A stretch of DNA of 64,000 nucleotides from an uncultured SAR116 cluster alpha proteobacterium (GTDB taxonomy: Bacteria; Pseudomonadota; Alphaproteobacteria; Puniceispirillales; GCA-002684695). Below the pieces are notes generated by a model. The model did no database searches. It had not been told where the DNA came from and was given only the letters and a program-made list of their open reading frames with translations. The DNA lies in contig CACBIM010000004.1 of assembly GCA_902539295.1 (NCBI GenBank), positions 12,504-76,503 on the forward strand, written 5' to 3'. Positions 48,600 through 56,215 of this stretch are shown piece by piece; the stretch's first letter is position 1; every line of letters begins with the position of its first letter. The position numbers and the translations under genes were made by a program.

Positions 48600-48990
48600 T
48601 GTAAATGAGAGTTGCAGATAGTGCTTATTAAGCGCTTGGGAGTAACGTTTGATCTCAACTGAGTAAATTGTCAACTCTGAGGATAAATACTCTAAAGACT
48701 TTGCGAGTAGGCTCTGTTTAGCAACAACCTACGGATAGCTGACAGTCGCTAGTATGGCTTGTCAGTGGTTCTGCGTTAAGAGGCAGCGCGTAATAGGGAG
48801 ACAGCTTAACCGCCCCTAACCTTCATGGTGACGCTATACTAGATGAAATGACTGAAGGAATGACTCTGAAGGTCAGATCATGCTTAGCCTGCGAAAGGCT
48901 AAGTGTGCCTGCAGTACTTATAATCGTTGGAATGGATGAAATTCCTTCAGAAATTCACTAAAGGTCAGTTTGTATTGTCAACTAGTAATA
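48600..48990 (+). ncRNA. Candidate structured non-coding RNA of unknown class
   Basis: Stops in all six frames. By hand count 48601-48960 is ~44% G+C (157/360) against 13-22% in 48421-48540. Several helices include an 11-bp hairpin at 48879-48907 with a GCGAA-containing loop. The G.U pairs favour the + strand. Boundaries and strand are approximate. Confidence 0.55.
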
Positions 48991-49017
48991 ACAAACTTCC
49001 TAACTTAAATTGAGCAA

Positions 49018-49629
49018 TTAACTTAACCAATGAGAAATAAACTTAGCTATTTTCTCACCGCCTTGATGAGATGGTTCTATAGAATTTGCATAGTCATTCT
49101 TTTCAGTAAAAAGTGCTCTTAATTCTAAAACATCAAAGCCTTTTTTTAGAACAAGTCGTTGAATAATATCATTAAAAATATTTACCGTAACCTCGCATGC
49201 TTCCTGGTATGGTGACATAAAATTTGTATCATCATAATAATGGAAAGCAGGATTATAGATGGTAAAACAAAGAGCTGGTGACTGAATTTTATTGAGAAGG
49301 TTTTCATAATCTTTTTCAAAACTTTCAATTACAGGTTTAAGAGTTTTCATGACCTGATTAAAAGTCATTTTTGCATCGCCCTGAATCATTCCAGAACTCT
49401 TAAGTAGATTGTTACCTCCTGCACTAAGGGCAATTGGACTGCCTTTTGTTAAATCTCCTAACTGTAAATTAATTACATCTTCAATGACTGAACCATCAAT
49501 AGCTCTTTTCTCTATTGACCAGTCAGGAAGCATTGTCTTTAAATGCTTTTCAACTGGAAGATCTGTTCCACGGACATATGGGTTGTTATCTATAATACTG
49601 TCACCAAGGAGAATAAGATGGTTATTCAT
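49018..49629 (-). CDS. SGNH/GDSL-family hydrolase
   Basis: 203 aa with block I LILLGDSIIDN (catalytic Ser in GDS), a ..SAGGNN.. block, and a C-terminal ..SHQGG.. segment. Confidence 0.65.
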   Translation of the reverse strand: MNNHLILLGDSIIDNNPYVRGTDLPVEKHLKTMLPDWSIEKRAIDGSVIEDVINLQLGDLTKGSPIALSAGGNNLLKSSGMIQGDAKMTFNQVMKTLKPVIESFEKDYENLLNKIQSPALCFTIYNPAFHYYDDTNFMSPYQEACEVTVNIFNDIIQRLVLKKGFDVLELRALFTEKNDYANSIEPSHQGGEKIAKFISHWLS

Positions 49630-49910
49630 AAAAAAAATCCTTTCAAAATTAACGTTGAAAAAATCCTGCTAAATTGATCAGCAGAACAAAATTGTTTTAA
49701 TTGTTTGAGAGCTCAAAAAGCACATTAGTGCTCTTGTAAAATAAATGAATATTAGAAAACTATTATCCCCTGAAATATACTTTTAATATATTTTTGAGTG
49801 TTTTTGAGCATATGAAATCTATGCAAAAATTGTTCCTAATTGATCCTCAAAATGACCATTACTTAGCTAATCAATAACCGTTAGATAACCGTTAGATAGC
49901 TAATAAATTT

Positions 49911-50903
49911 CTATTCTAAATAACTAATTTTAGGTTGTATTTTACTTTGTAACATTAATAGTAATTCTTCACTTTTTTCAGAAAATTTAAATTCTTTTTT
50001 TTCTTTGAAGTGCTTTTCAAAAGCTTTGTGAGTTAACATTGAGGCAATAATTCCACACACTATACCCATCCAAACAGGCCCACCTATGATAGCAGCTGTA
50101 CTTACAAAAGCAGTCGTCTTAGCCCCTCCCCTTAGTACTCCAGATATTTTAGCATTTGATTTTTTTTGCAGTATTTTTCTGTGATGCTGACAAGCAAGTG
50201 TAATAACAGTAATGACAAGGCATAAAGGATTTGCTGCTATAATTGAAGTTAAACCTATAGTAGTGATGAAATCATAAAATTCTTTTTCGTCTTTCTCATT
50301 CCACTGAAGTGCACTAGAAATTAAAACAAGTAAGCCACCAATACTTTCAGATGCTGTAAATGAAACTATGTCCTTTAACCAACTTTCCTGAATTCCCAAA
50401 TAAGATGCATATTTTTCAACATACTCAAAATTATTTCTATCTAAAGTCATTATAGGCATGCCCATTGGAGTTACTAAATCTTTCCAGTATGCCGAGAGAT
50501 ATCCAATTACCTCTTGTGATTTTGTGTCATCTGGGAGTGCTGATTTTACCGCTTCCCATGCGCCCAAAATACCATGACCTCCATCAAATAACCTGTGATC
50601 ACCTCCAAATTCACCTGACAATTGTCGTGTGTAGTCCATGGATCTGTCATAAACAGTAGAAGCTGAGTCAAAAGTAGACCTTAAATATCTATCAATTTGA
50701 ATAGAAGCATCACTAGCTAGAATATAATTAAAATAACGTGAAACAGAACTTACTGATGGTTTGTATTGATCTTTTATCTGAAAATGGAATTTATGTGCTT
50801 GGTTTTTAATAAATTTTGGCGTGATCAATAATGACTGATTTAAATATTGAATAGCTTTTAAAGAATGAAGTTTTTCATATATTTTTTTTGTTATATTAAT
50901 CAT
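49911..50903 (-). CDS. Hypothetical membrane protein
   Basis: 330 aa. Soluble N-terminal ~180 aa (..GEFGGDHRLFDGGHGILGAWEA..) followed by 3-4 TM helices. Separated by a 2-nt gap from the upstream 205-aa ORF. Confidence 0.45.
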   Translation of the reverse strand: MINITKKIYEKLHSLKAIQYLNQSLLITPKFIKNQAHKFHFQIKDQYKPSVSSVSRYFNYILASDASIQIDRYLRSTFDSASTVYDRSMDYTRQLSGEFGGDHRLFDGGHGILGAWEAVKSALPDDTKSQEVIGYLSAYWKDLVTPMGMPIMTLDRNNFEYVEKYASYLGIQESWLKDIVSFTASESIGGLLVLISSALQWNEKDEKEFYDFITTIGLTSIIAANPLCLVITVITLACQHHRKILQKKSNAKISGVLRGGAKTTAFVSTAAIIGGPVWMGIVCGIIASMLTHKAFEKHFKEKKEFKFSEKSEELLLMLQSKIQPKISYLE

Positions 50904-50905
50904 AT

Positions 50906-51523
50906 TTACTTAACATCATACATTTGACCATGCCATTCAAAGCTATCAAATTCATAATATTTAATAAATTCATTTGCTTCTTCTAACGTTAAATAATTTT
51001 TGAACCAAGGTGATGGATATTCATGTGTGTCCCCGATGAAAATCTCTTTCAAATATAAAGTGTTATAATCTCTATCGACAAAATATATTGTTTCAATTTT
51101 TGAAGCTAAAGCACCAGGGCCACTATAAACATGAATATGTAAATGAATTTTATATGCATCAACAACCTTATTTCCTATTGGTTCATAAAAATATTCGTTT
51201 TTTTCTACAAGAACGCCGGTGACGTATGAAAAAGCAGGCCAACAATGCACTATACTCTCCCCCTTATAAGAGGCGTACATACCTTCAAATTGTGGAATGC
51301 CAAAACTTACTGTCTCAAGAAAAATTTCCTCTGTCCCGTTTCTTCTGAATATAGGTACATAAAAACCTTCTTCATCATCAATAACAATTGAAGATGGTAC
51401 TACCTCACGTTCAAGCATAAACACCTGGCATTGGTCAGTAATATAGTACTCTGATGCTAAGGTTTGAGTTGAAAAAATCACAGACAATATTATTAATAAT
51501 TTTTGTTTCATACTCTTTTTCAA
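50906..51523 (-). CDS. Hypothetical exported protein
   Basis: 205 aa with signal peptide MKKSMKQKLLIILSVIFSTQTLA. Confidence 0.45.
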   Translation of the reverse strand: MKKSMKQKLLIILSVIFSTQTLASEYYITDQCQVFMLEREVVPSSIVIDDEEGFYVPIFRRNGTEEIFLETVSFGIPQFEGMYASYKGESIVHCWPAFSYVTGVLVEKNEYFYEPIGNKVVDAYKIHLHIHVYSGPGALASKIETIYFVDRDYNTLYLKEIFIGDTHEYPSPWFKNYLTLEEANEFIKYYEFDSFEWHGQMYDVK

Positions 51524-51572
51524 ACCTCAGTAATTTCATTATAACTATTAGAAATCAAATATAGTATAATTA

Positions 51573-52136
51573 ATGATGAATTTACTTAAATATAAATATG
51601 CACTTACAGGTACACTGTTAGCTTTGGGTAATCTCTATCTCTCTTATCTTTTTCGTTATGATTTAGTTCCTTTAAAGCTTCCATTTACATTAGTAGAAAA
51701 TTTACTTTTCCTAGATAACCCTATCTATAACTATGGAGGCTTTTTTATCGATGGATCAGAACCTACTCTAAAAAGATTACCAACTGTTCTTATATTAATT
51801 TATCTTTGCTACATTCTTTACAAATACCTTTTAAAAAAGAATACAAGACTCCAAAACATTTTTGCGATTTTACTATTAGGAGGGGTTGGAGGATTAACAC
51901 TTGATATTCTCTCGTATGGCAATGTGTGTGACTGGATAGGGTTTATGATACCTGGTGGTCGTTATTATTCCATGTTGAATATTTCAGATCTAATGATTTT
52001 AATTTCAGCACCTTTTGCATCTCTTTTATGTATTAAGAATATTTTTCTCAAATTAATGGCGTTTTCATTTTCAATAATAGTAATAAGTGCAAATAGCTAT
52101 TATCACTTTGTAACAATTTACAAAATGCTATTTTAA
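51573..52136 (+). CDS. Divergent lipoprotein signal peptidase (LspA/SPase II)-like membrane protein
   Basis: 187 aa, 4 TM helices. By eye it aligns to E. coli LspA blocks: ..NYGGFF.. with NYGAAFSF, LLLGGVGGLTLDIL with IIGGALGNLFDRL, and MLNISDLMI with TFNLADTAI. Both catalytic Asp positions appear to be retained. Confidence 0.5.
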   Translation: MMNLLKYKYALTGTLLALGNLYLSYLFRYDLVPLKLPFTLVENLLFLDNPIYNYGGFFIDGSEPTLKRLPTVLILIYLCYILYKYLLKKNTRLQNIFAILLLGGVGGLTLDILSYGNVCDWIGFMIPGGRYYSMLNISDLMILISAPFASLLCIKNIFLKLMAFSFSIIVISANSYYHFVTIYKMLF

Positions 52137-52179
52137 TATTGTCTTTTTTTAAACAAATTTGAGATTTACGATTTTTTTT

Positions 52180-52641
52180 ATGAAAATTAATTTATTTTTT
52201 ATAAGTTTATTTATTTTATTTTTTTCAAATGCTTTAGCAAAAGAAAAATTCAAACCAATCTCAGAAATCGTAATGAATGTAAATGAAATAAATGATATTA
52301 AACAAGTTGAAGATATTCTAAACAGATGTATTGCGGTAAACTTTTTTATTTTTGAGAGTAGATTTTCAAATGATATAGAACTTGAAGAACAGTCTATTTT
52401 AATGGCTAGAAAATATTTTGGAATGATGAAAAGCCACATTGAAAGTCAAGGTATAGTTTTTGATAAAACTTTTGTTGATCGTGAAGAGTTTAATCCAACT
52501 TATGTTTATTATAATCTCAAAAATGAATTAGAAAATGATACTAATGAATTTATAAAGCTAATTCAAAATGATGCATTAACTTGTGCATTTTATCTTCAAA
52601 TATTAGATGACATAGAAAGAGGAAAAGCTGGTGCTTCTTAA
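52180..52641 (+). CDS. Hypothetical exported protein
   Basis: The ORF-track start at 52159 is TTG. The ATG at 52180 gives the signal peptide MKINLFFISLFILFFSNALA. Confidence 0.45.
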   Translation: MKINLFFISLFILFFSNALAKEKFKPISEIVMNVNEINDIKQVEDILNRCIAVNFFIFESRFSNDIELEEQSILMARKYFGMMKSHIESQGIVFDKTFVDREEFNPTYVYYNLKNELENDTNEFIKLIQNDALTCAFYLQILDDIERGKAGAS

Positions 52642-52703
52642 AGAAGTCTCTAAAATTAAATTTAGTAGTAAACTAGTTTTTTATTAAAAGGTAAAATAAT
52701 AGT

Positions 52704-53339
52704 ATGTCTTTTTTATTCACTATTTTTGCTTTACTATATTCTTTATTTTATATTCCTACACTATTTTTACTTTTATATTTAAATATTATACCATCTTTTT
52801 TTTATGCTTTATTAGGTTTGTTTAGATTAAGAAATTTTAAAAAAACATTTTTTTCAAAAATAAGGGAATTTGAACAAAAAGATAGGGGCTTTTTTGAAAC
52901 ATCAATTTTTATAATAATTACTCATATAATATTTTTAATTTTATTTCACCCAACTATTCATGGAATACACAATTTTGATAAAGAATTGATACTAATAAAT
53001 TTTTTTGTTGCAGTAATTGTTCACTTAAATCTTACATTATTAGCCCTACCATTTCTTTGTCAAAATCATCATATAGCACGATTACATTTTATTAATTTTT
53101 TTATAGTAATGCTTTTTACTCCAATCGAAATTGAATGGTTTAAAACTACTTTATATATTCCAGACCTTAGTTTTTTGTTTGTTAGTTCAGATTTAATAAA
53201 TTCAATTTGTTTCTTCATAACACTTATATTTTTATCTATTTCTTTATTTAAGAGAAATTATTTTAAATATTTTTTTAGAATAATAGTTAAGGGTGAAGAT
53301 ATTATTAATGATGAGTTGAGATTGGGAAGGAAATACTAA
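52704..53339 (+). CDS. Hypothetical polytopic membrane protein
   Basis: 211 aa, about 6 TM helices, extremely Phe/Ile/Leu-rich. Confidence 0.4.
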   Translation: MSFLFTIFALLYSLFYIPTLFLLLYLNIIPSFFYALLGLFRLRNFKKTFFSKIREFEQKDRGFFETSIFIIITHIIFLILFHPTIHGIHNFDKELILINFFVAVIVHLNLTLLALPFLCQNHHIARLHFINFFIVMLFTPIEIEWFKTTLYIPDLSFLFVSSDLINSICFFITLIFLSISLFKRNYFKYFFRIIVKGEDIINDELRLGRKY

Positions 53340-53644
53340 AGAATTATAAAATTACAAAAGTGAAAAAGGAATTAAACAGACTTAGTAAAAAGAAAAATAA
53401 GTTTTAAAAATTTAATACTTTTGTTTACCTGGAATAACTCCTCTTACACCACCTCTTGGATTTGTAAGAACCTCAGAGTTTAAATCACCCGAGCACTGTG
53501 ATTATTTTGCAAACCGACTAAACAGACATAATCCAATTATTAATAAGTACGGTAAGCTTACGAAAATGAAAGCTTACTGCAACCATGAAAACAATCCTAC
53601 CACAGATCCACTTTAAAAACCTACCCATCATATTGGAGAACATC

Positions 53645-53998
53645 TTAAGAAAACCAACTAAAAAACCCTTTTTTCTTTTTTTCTTTTTTTACAGCAGCAT
53701 TCATCATCTTATCTTTAGTTATTTTTACTAGAGTTGCAGGATCGTCTGATTGCAAAATCTCAAACAACAACATTTTAGCGGCTTCTTTACTGCTAGGATT
53801 TGGATTATGATATGTAAATGCACTGCATAACTCATAAACAAACATACTATCTTCAAAATCAAGAGTTCTTAAGATAGAAGATATTTCCATAGCGTCTTGA
53901 ACAGTAATTTTACCCTCAATCACCAACTCTCCACTTAATGCGCCAACAGCTTCGCCAGCTTTAGTTAATCCATCAACAATTTTTTTTCCATCATTCAT
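53645..53998 (-). CDS. Hypothetical protein with Lys-rich tail
   Basis: 117 aa, helical, ending ..AAVKKEKKKKGFFSWFS. The first gene downstream of the integrase. Confidence 0.4.
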   Translation of the reverse strand: MNDGKKIVDGLTKAGEAVGALSGELVIEGKITVQDAMEISSILRTLDFEDSMFVYELCSAFTYHNPNPSSKEAAKMLLFEILQSDDPATLVKITKDKMMNAAVKKEKKKKGFFSWFS

Positions 53999-54122
53999 AT
54001 ATTATTTCCAAAGTTATATAAATTAAAACAAACCAAAAAACCTTTTCTTTTATTTTTTACATAGAAAGTAAAATTTCTACTATCCCAACCAGTGATCTCT
54101 TCTGCATTGGAAGCTAATTTTT

Positions 54123-55112
54123 TCATGGAATGCCTCCACTGCTCATAACAGATCGTACACGATCAAGCTGCCCATGTGAATACCTCATCAACATCGAAAG
54201 TGTCCTGTGTCCACTAAGCATTGCAACTTCGGGAACAGTCAGCCCCATTTCGAAAAATGATGATATTGCCTCATGGCGCAGATCATGGAAACGAACATTC
54301 TTCAAACCTGCTTTAAGTCTGATACGATCAAAGGCAAGTCGAACTGCATTGGAAGAAAGTGTAAACAACCTCCCCTCACCTTCGTTATGCAAGACAGACA
54401 ATTTTGAATAAAGATCATTAGCAATCGGTAAAGAGCGATAGTGACCATTCTTTGTTTTGTGGACTGTAAATACTTTATTTTTAAGGTCGATATCTTTCCA
54501 TTCAAGAGAGAGGATTTCACTGCGCCTGAGAGCAGTTCTCAATGCAATTAAAACAATCAAATAAATATCTTTTCTTCCCGTTTTAAGACACGTAGAGAGA
54601 AGTCTTTCTTGTTGTTTGGCCTGTAATCTTCTGATTGCTTTGAGCGGTTTTAACGGAATCCTGACGCGTTCCAGAAGTCCTTCTGGCACGTCCCAATCCC
54701 ACTCTCTTTTCGCAATATTAAGAGCATGCCTTAATACAAAAAACTGACGGTGAAGAGAAGATGGTTTGACAACTTTCAATCGTTCATCACGATAATGAGC
54801 AATATCTTGAACTGATAATTGTTCAAGTGATTTTTTTACCCAAACAAGCCTCAAAAAAGCTTTAACAACCCATCCGTCAGGATGGCCTTTTTCTTTTTTT
54901 GAAATAACGCAATTTTGATATTTTGTTAAAACCTCAGCTAAACTTTTTGGTTTGTATTTAAATAGAGGATTATCTTCTTTTAAAATGCGGGCTTCCTGCA
55001 TACATGCCCAGTGACGTGCTGATTGATGTGTCAAAAATGATTTTGAGAGAGACTGGTCTTTCAGGCGAATCTGTACCTGGTAGAGTTTATTTCGATAGCG
55101 TATTGATGCCAT
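54123..55112 (-). CDS. int: Tyrosine-type site-specific integrase
   Basis: 329 aa. C-terminal catalytic pattern ..ALRTALRRSEIL.. (Arg), ..HDLRHEAISSF.. (H-x-x-R) and ..GHRTLSMLMRYSH (His..Tyr). It lies directly next to the tRNA-Val 3' end. Confidence 0.9.
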   Translation of the reverse strand: MASIRYRNKLYQVQIRLKDQSLSKSFLTHQSARHWACMQEARILKEDNPLFKYKPKSLAEVLTKYQNCVISKKEKGHPDGWVVKAFLRLVWVKKSLEQLSVQDIAHYRDERLKVVKPSSLHRQFFVLRHALNIAKREWDWDVPEGLLERVRIPLKPLKAIRRLQAKQQERLLSTCLKTGRKDIYLIVLIALRTALRRSEILSLEWKDIDLKNKVFTVHKTKNGHYRSLPIANDLYSKLSVLHNEGEGRLFTLSSNAVRLAFDRIRLKAGLKNVRFHDLRHEAISSFFEMGLTVPEVAMLSGHRTLSMLMRYSHGQLDRVRSVMSSGGIP

Positions 55113-55125
55113 ACGTACACCTCCT

Positions 55126-55146
55126 GTGTGACTGATTTGTGACTGG
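55126..55146 (+). repeat. Tandem GTGACTG motif; arm-type site candidate (int-proximal end, in the int 5' region)
   Basis: GTGTGACTGATTTGTGACTGG lies 14 nt upstream of the int start codon and 45 nt from the tRNA. It matches 41052-41071 at 19 of 20 positions. Confidence 0.7.
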
Positions 55147-55191
55147 CGTTATGCTGGAGATGTTGTGATGCTCGCTATCCCTTATGGGATA

Positions 55192-55266
<75 letters not shown>

Positions 55267-55369
55267 TAATTATTACTCGATATCATGAGAAATAATTGCT
55301 ATCAAGTAGATTTACAAGTTTATTAATTTTAAATATCTTACGTATAAAATATTTTATAATAACAAAAAT

Positions 55370-56215
55370 ATGATTGAAAATAATCAGGTTATAAATTTTG
55401 AAGATAAAATTTTAAAAAGTTCTTTGATTTTATCATCACCACATAGTGGTGTTTATTATCCTGACGATTTTTTTTCTTTGCTAAAAACTGATGTTTCAGA
55501 ACTAAAGCAAATTGAAGATAGTTTAGTAGATCAGTTAATTTCTGGGAATTTGGATAAAAAAAATCTTATTTTAAAAGCTGTATGGTCCCGTTCAGTCGTT
55601 GATGTTAACAGGGCAAAAAATGATTTTAATTATAATGATTTTGAGCCTCCAATAGAACACATTAGCTCCAAACCTACAAAATATTCAAGATCTGGAATAG
55701 GCGTTATACCAATAAAATGCGGCATGGGTGAAAGTATTTATAATACAAAACTTTCAGGTGAGTTAGCAAAAGAATGGTTAGATGTGGCATGGACAACCTA
55801 TCACCAAACTTTGATAGAACTCCTTCAAAAGGCTCATACAAATTTTGGTCATTATATATTGTTTGATTTTCATTCAATGCCTTCCACATCAGAAAATTTA
55901 AATAATAAAATTGATATAGTTTTAGGAGACTGCCATGGGAAAAGTATTCATCCTAAATGTATTGATTTTTTAGAAAATGAACTTACTAAACAAGGCTTAA
56001 AAGTTAGAAGAAACTCGCCTTATTCAGGTGGCTACATAACAGAGTTCTATGGCAAACCAAAAGAGAATAAACATGCAATTCAAATTGAAATTAATAGATC
56101 AATTTATCTAAATGAAAAAACTAGACAGAAAAGCTCGAATTTTGATAATTGTAAATTAAAATTAAATACAGCAATTAATAATTTTGAAAAAAATAAACAT
56201 AATTTATTAAACTAG
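55370..56215 (+). CDS. N-formylglutamate amidohydrolase family protein
   Basis: 281 aa with ..SSPHSGVYYP.., ..VDVNR.. and ..FDFHSMPS.., typical of the FGase family. Confidence 0.75.
   Translation: MIENNQVINFEDKILKSSLILSSPHSGVYYPDDFFSLLKTDVSELKQIEDSLVDQLISGNLDKKNLILKAVWSRSVVDVNRAKNDFNYNDFEPPIEHISSKPTKYSRSGIGVIPIKCGMGESIYNTKLSGELAKEWLDVAWTTYHQTLIELLQKAHTNFGHYILFDFHSMPSTSENLNNKIDIVLGDCHGKSIHPKCIDFLENELTKQGLKVRRNSPYSGGYITEFYGKPKENKHAIQIEINRSIYLNEKTRQKSSNFDNCKLKLNTAINNFEKNKHNLLN

Noticed and set aside
48735-48975. Possible RNase P RNA (rnpB). TAGATGAAATGACTG, GCTGACAGTCGC and GGTCAGTTT resemble short stretches of E. coli M1 RNA.
   Set aside because: The universally conserved cores GAGGAAAGTCC and ACAGAAnCCGGCTTA are absent, the similar stretches are in the wrong order, and the location is inside a mobile island. 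The matches are probably coincidental.
48590-48990. tmRNA (including two-piece alphaproteobacterial form), retron msr/msd, IS-associated omega or bridge RNA, and group II intron domain V.
   Set aside because: There is no T-arm/CCA acceptor mimic or Ala-rich tag reading frame. No reverse transcriptase, TnpB/IscB or IS110 recombinase gene is nearby. There is no domain V-like 34-mer.
49717-49734. Weak hairpin (AGCAC-ATTA-GTGCT) with a T-run on the minus strand, considered as terminator of the 330-aa ORF.
   Set aside because: It has only 5 solid base pairs and lies about 170 nt from the stop. That is too weak to annotate.
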